From a virus (lineage: Duplodnaviria > Caudoviricetes): DNA of 26,239 bases. Below the pieces are notes generated by a model that worked only from the letters and a program-made list of their open reading frames with translations, was not told the origin of the DNA and made no database searches. Each line of letters begins with the position of its first letter. Within the stretch, counting starts at the first letter, position 1. The translations under genes were made by a program, and so were the position numbers. Below are positions 23,111-26,239 of the stretch, one piece after another. The stretch is from IMG/VR virus record IMGVR_UViG_3300017722_000987, positions 1 through 26,239 of that record. One strand, given 5' to 3'.

Positions 23111-24246
23111 GCGAAATCAGCGTTGTTATCGGAGGATCGACGAGCGTCAGCGTCAACGTCGGCGACCAGACCATCGGTGGCGGCAACGGAGCCGCCGCGA
23201 CGATTCAGGTCGGAACGGTCACGACGCTGGCCCCGACCGCCTCTGCAACCGTTGTTAACGCCGGCACGTCATACGCCGCCAAGCTGGATTTTGGACTCCC
23301 ACGCGGAACGACGGGTCTGACGGGGGCAACGGGGCCGGCGAACACGCTGTCTATCGGTAGCGTGAGCACGGGTGCGACTGCGGCCGTGAGCATCTCTGGC
23401 ACATCGCCTTCACAGACCCTTTCGTTCGTTCTTCCCGCTGGGCCCACTGGCGCCACCGGAAGCACGGGCGAAACGGGGCCAGCAAACAGCCTGTCTATCG
23501 GAACAGTCGTCACAGGTGCGACAGCCGCCGTCAGCATTTCTGGCACGGCTCCATCCCAGACGCTGTCATTCGTTCTTCCTGCTGGGCCCAAGGGCGACAC
23601 CGGAAGCACTGGCCCATCTGGAAGCACGGGCGCAACGGGAAGCACTGGCGCAACGGGCGCGACGGGGCCAGCAAACAGCCTGTCTATCGGAACGGTCGTC
23701 ACAGGCGCGACAGCGGCCGTCAGCATTTCTGGAACGGCTCCATCCCAGACGCTGTCATTCGTTCTTCCTGCTGGGCCCAAGGGCGACACCGGAAGCGCGG
23801 GCGACCCAGGCGCGACGGGCCCAGCGAACAGCCTGTCTATAGGAACCGTCGTCACAGGTGCGACTGCGTCCGTAAGCATCAGTGGAACGGCTCCGTCGCA
23901 GAGCTTGTCTTTCGTTATTCCGCTAGGGCCGACAGGGCCGGCAAACTCACTTTCAATCGGCAGCGTGAGCACGGGCACGACCGCGGCCGTCAGCATCAGT
24001 GGAACGTCTCCATCCCAGAGTTTGTCTTTCGTGCTCCAGCCTGGGCCGGCAGGGCCAGCAAACTCACTTTCAATCGGCAGCGTGAGCACAGGTGTGACTG
24101 CGGCCGTGACCATTACGGGTTCGGCTCCATCGCAGTCGATTTCTTTTGTCTTGCCGCAAGGCCCGAAGGGTGACACTGGCGCAACCGGGTCGCAGGGGCC
24201 GGCTGGCGGCGGTATGTCTCTCGGATTATTTCTCGCACTGAGCTAG
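23107..24246 (+). CDS. Collagen-like tail/capsid fibre with alternating Gly-X-Y and beta-repeat units
   Basis: Six near-identical ANSLSIG...LSFVLP units plus one divergent unit, separated by GXY runs; hydrophobic C-terminus MSLGLFLALS. Confidence 0.85.
   Translation: MSEISVVIGGSTSVSVNVGDQTIGGGNGAAATIQVGTVTTLAPTASATVVNAGTSYAAKLDFGLPRGTTGLTGATGPANTLSIGSVSTGATAAVSISGTSPSQTLSFVLPAGPTGATGSTGETGPANSLSIGTVVTGATAAVSISGTAPSQTLSFVLPAGPKGDTGSTGPSGSTGATGSTGATGATGPANSLSIGTVVTGATAAVSISGTAPSQTLSFVLPAGPKGDTGSAGDPGATGPANSLSIGTVVTGATASVSISGTAPSQSLSFVIPLGPTGPANSLSIGSVSTGTTAAVSISGTSPSQSLSFVLQPGPAGPANSLSIGSVSTGVTAAVTITGSAPSQSISFVLPQGPKGDTGATGSQGPAGGGMSLGLFLALS
23332..24160 (+). repeat. Six intragenic direct repeats of about 105 bp
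   Basis: For example, copies at about 23476-23607 and 23665-23796 differ only at a few third-codon positions. Confidence 0.85.
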
Positions 24247-24257
24247 GTCACACACAC

Positions 24258-24632
24258 ATGGCAAATCCAAATTTGACAGGCGTCACGGGCGTCTATGGCG
24301 ATTCCTCGTTCGCGAAAATTAGCGGCACGGCAGTGACATCTCTGGTCTCGAACGCAGCCAGCAGCGGCAAAATCCTGCTAACAGAGAGCGTTATCGTGGC
24401 AAACACGTCCAACGCGCCGGTGAATGTCACCGTGCAAGTCTGGTCAAACGCCGCGGCAGGCACCGGCACAGGCTATGCAATCTGCTCGACTCACTCAGTT
24501 GCCGCTTATGACACTCTAGTCGTTGTCAGCAAGGACACGCCGGTCAAGCTCAAAGAAAATCAGTCTCTGTCAATCACTGCTGGCACGGCTAATGCTCTCG
24601 ACGTGAACCTGTCTTGGACGGAGCTTTCGTAA
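24258..24632 (+). CDS. Small beta-rich fibre-associated protein
   Basis: MANPNLTGVTGVYG...SVIVAN...LVVVSKDTPVKLKENQSL; directly follows the fibre gene. Confidence 0.7.
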   Translation: MANPNLTGVTGVYGDSSFAKISGTAVTSLVSNAASSGKILLTESVIVANTSNAPVNVTVQVWSNAAAGTGTGYAICSTHSVAAYDTLVVVSKDTPVKLKENQSLSITAGTANALDVNLSWTELS

Positions 24633-25636
24633 TGGCACGCTTCCGCCGTCTCAGCGACAGAGCCGACGACCCACGCTGGTCGTTATTGTCGCCGCCCGCA
24701 CCTACCGGATTGACCGTAACGGCTGGCAACGCTCAGGCTACGCTCTCATGGACTGCGCCTGCGGGCGTGATCGCACAAGCACCGATCACGGACTACCGCG
24801 AGCAATACAGCACTGACGGCGGCACAACGTGGACGACGTTCTCGGCGGCGGCCTCGACGGCGACGACTGCGACAGTCACTGGGCTGACTAACGGCACCGC
24901 GGTGCGTTTCCGCGTGGCTGCCGTAAATGCGGTGGGCGTCGGAGCTTACACCGCAGCCAGCGATTCGGTGACGCCAGGAGTAGCGTCAGACCCGTTCTTT
25001 AGCAGCGTGGCGGCGTTGCTGCACATGGACGGCACGGGAGGCACGTTCGTCGATTCGTCGGGCACGCCAAAGACAATTACGGCCGTTGGCGCAACGCAGT
25101 CGGCCACGCATAGCAAGTTCGGCGGAAAGTCTGCATTCTTCAACGGCGCAGGTCACTATCTGGAAATTCCAGGCGTCAACATAGGCACTGGCGATTTTGC
25201 AATAGAGATGTGGTTCAAAACGGGTAGCAGCGTGCAGTACGCACAGCTTATTGGTAATGAGTCAGATGGCAGCAGCGAAGGTTTTTCGCTGCTTATAAAC
25301 AACAACTCATTCATTGGCGGGCAGATCGCATTTTATAGAGGCGGGCTTTTGGCCTCGACTTCTTCAGGCGATTGGTCGGATGACCAATGGCACTATCTTG
25401 CGCTAAGTCGCTCTGGTACTACAGTTCGTCTTTATCTTGACGGCACACTGGCATCGACTAGCACTTCCTCCGCCAATCTGACATCGTCTGAGTCGATGTA
25501 CGTTGGTTACAACAATATTTTTTCTGGACGAAACGTCGTCGGATACTTCGACGACATTCGCATCACGGTCGGAAGCGCGCGAGGTTTGACAGGTGCGTCG
25601 GTCGCCGTCCCGACAGCGGCGTTCCCTGACTCCTGA
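24632..25636 (+). CDS. Fibronectin type III plus LamG/concanavalin A-like domain protein, putative receptor-binding/adhesin
   Basis: FN3: PPAPTGLTVTAGNAQATLSWTAP...ITDY...VTGLTNGTAVRFRVAAVNAVGVG. LamG: DFAIEMWFK, WHYLALSRSG, LYLDG, GYFDDIRIT. Start coupled by TAATG. Confidence 0.9.
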   Translation: MARFRRLSDRADDPRWSLLSPPAPTGLTVTAGNAQATLSWTAPAGVIAQAPITDYREQYSTDGGTTWTTFSAAASTATTATVTGLTNGTAVRFRVAAVNAVGVGAYTAASDSVTPGVASDPFFSSVAALLHMDGTGGTFVDSSGTPKTITAVGATQSATHSKFGGKSAFFNGAGHYLEIPGVNIGTGDFAIEMWFKTGSSVQYAQLIGNESDGSSEGFSLLINNNSFIGGQIAFYRGGLLASTSSGDWSDDQWHYLALSRSGTTVRLYLDGTLASTSTSSANLTSSESMYVGYNNIFSGRNVVGYFDDIRITVGSARGLTGASVAVPTAAFPDS

Positions 25637-25661
25637 AACACCTAATCGATGGAGGAGTGCA

Positions 25662-25985
25662 GTGGGCAACACATTCAGCGTACTTCCAGGCACGATGAAT
25701 CTCACGTTCAAGCGTTCGGGGGATTTCGCCGCCCTCGTTGACTTCGACTTGAACCTGACCGGGTACACCGTCTCGGCCAGCCTCGTCAGCCTCGTCTCGA
25801 GCGCCGTCGTGCAGGCGTTCACGGCCAGCATCCCCGACGCCGCAGCAGGGCAAGTCTCTGTGAGCCTCACAGACACGCAGACGGCCGCCCTGGCCGCGGG
25901 CACCTACGGCTGGCAGTTGGACTGGGTCGCCCCAGGAAGCGTTCAGAGAACGGCTCTGAGTGGGACTGTCGAGGTGGTGGCGTGA
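25662..25985 (+). CDS. Small beta-sandwich fibre adaptor, paralogue of 22745-23110
   Basis: GTG start after SD GGAGGAG at 25651-25657; G.V.VSLTDTQT..L..GTY.W.L.W....RT.LSG matches the first copy. Confidence 0.78.
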   Translation: MGNTFSVLPGTMNLTFKRSGDFAALVDFDLNLTGYTVSASLVSLVSSAVVQAFTASIPDAAAGQVSVSLTDTQTAALAAGTYGWQLDWVAPGSVQRTALSGTVEVVA

Positions 25986-26239
25986 CACAGATCACAGCGA
26001 CCGTCTCGTCTTCGCCGATCACGGCGAGCGTCAGCGGCTCTGGAAGCATCTCCGCGAGCGTCGGCTTGTCGGCGATCTCGGCGACGGCCGGCGGCGGCAT
26101 CGGCCCGCAGGGGCCGGCGGGCGTGTCAGATATCCCCGGGCCTGCGGGAGCTACTGGGCCAGCAGGAGCCACCGGCGCGACTGGTGCCAAAGGCGACACC
26201 GGCGCGACTGGCCCGCAAGGGCCAGCCGGAGCCACCGGA
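25982..26239 (+). CDS. Second collagen-like fibre (partial, runs off the window end)
   Basis: GTGA-coupled start; MTQITATVSSSPITASVSG... then GPQGPAG...GPAGATGPAGATGATGAKGDTGATGPQGPAGATG; no stop codon in the window. Confidence 0.82.
   Translation, partial: MTQITATVSSSPITASVSGSGSISASVGLSAISATAGGGIGPQGPAGVSDIPGPAGATGPAGATGATGAKGDTGATGPQGPAGATG

Noticed and set aside
23332-24160. CRISPR array or diversity-generating retroelement template/variable repeat pair
   Set aside because: The repeats are in-frame coding units with mostly synonymous, non-adenine-specific differences and no unique spacers; no cas or reverse transcriptase gene is in the window
44-26235. Many minus-strand ORFs (e.g. 5285-6154, 8571-9395, 16309-17127, 23205-24176, 25867-26235)
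   Set aside because: They are antisense shadows of well-supported + strand genes in GC-rich DNA and show no recognisable motifs. The collagen-like look of 23205-24176 and 25867-26235 is the mirror of GXY codons.
168-26239. Genome-wide stop-codon reassignment
   Set aside because: Core genes are intact in the standard code and TAA, TAG and TGA all terminate genes; only the single TGA at 22730 is ambiguous

Overview
The whole window is the + strand virion-morphogenesis region of a GC-rich tailed dsDNA phage or prophage with an HK97-type head and a long non-contractile tail. Gene order: terS, terL, portal, prohead protease, major capsid, putative cement protein, GT-A glycosyltransferase, neck genes, two short tail-tube-like paralogues, a G/GT chaperone pair joined by a -1 frameshift, a 1774-aa tape measure, a Cys-rich tail-tip cluster, metallophosphoesterase and dNMP kinase, a holin-like gene, and a repeated adaptor/collagen-fibre cassette that runs off the window end. 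No integrase, tRNA, CRISPR, reverse transcriptase or endolysin is visible. The gene content resembles uncultured aquatic phages that I associate with Planctomycetota, but that host guess is inference only. The most unusual signals are: (1) GGA-loop hairpins resembling CsrA/RsmA sites in several structural-gene leaders, including a near-identical 14-mer at two sites; (2) twin promoter-like elements, one implying a leaderless terS mRNA and one feeding a highly structured capsid leader; (3) a glycosyltransferase inside the head-neck module; (4) an internally duplicated 29-Cys tail-tip protein; (5) an unannotated gene with no canonical start codon. All product calls come from motifs and synteny read by eye; no database searches were run.
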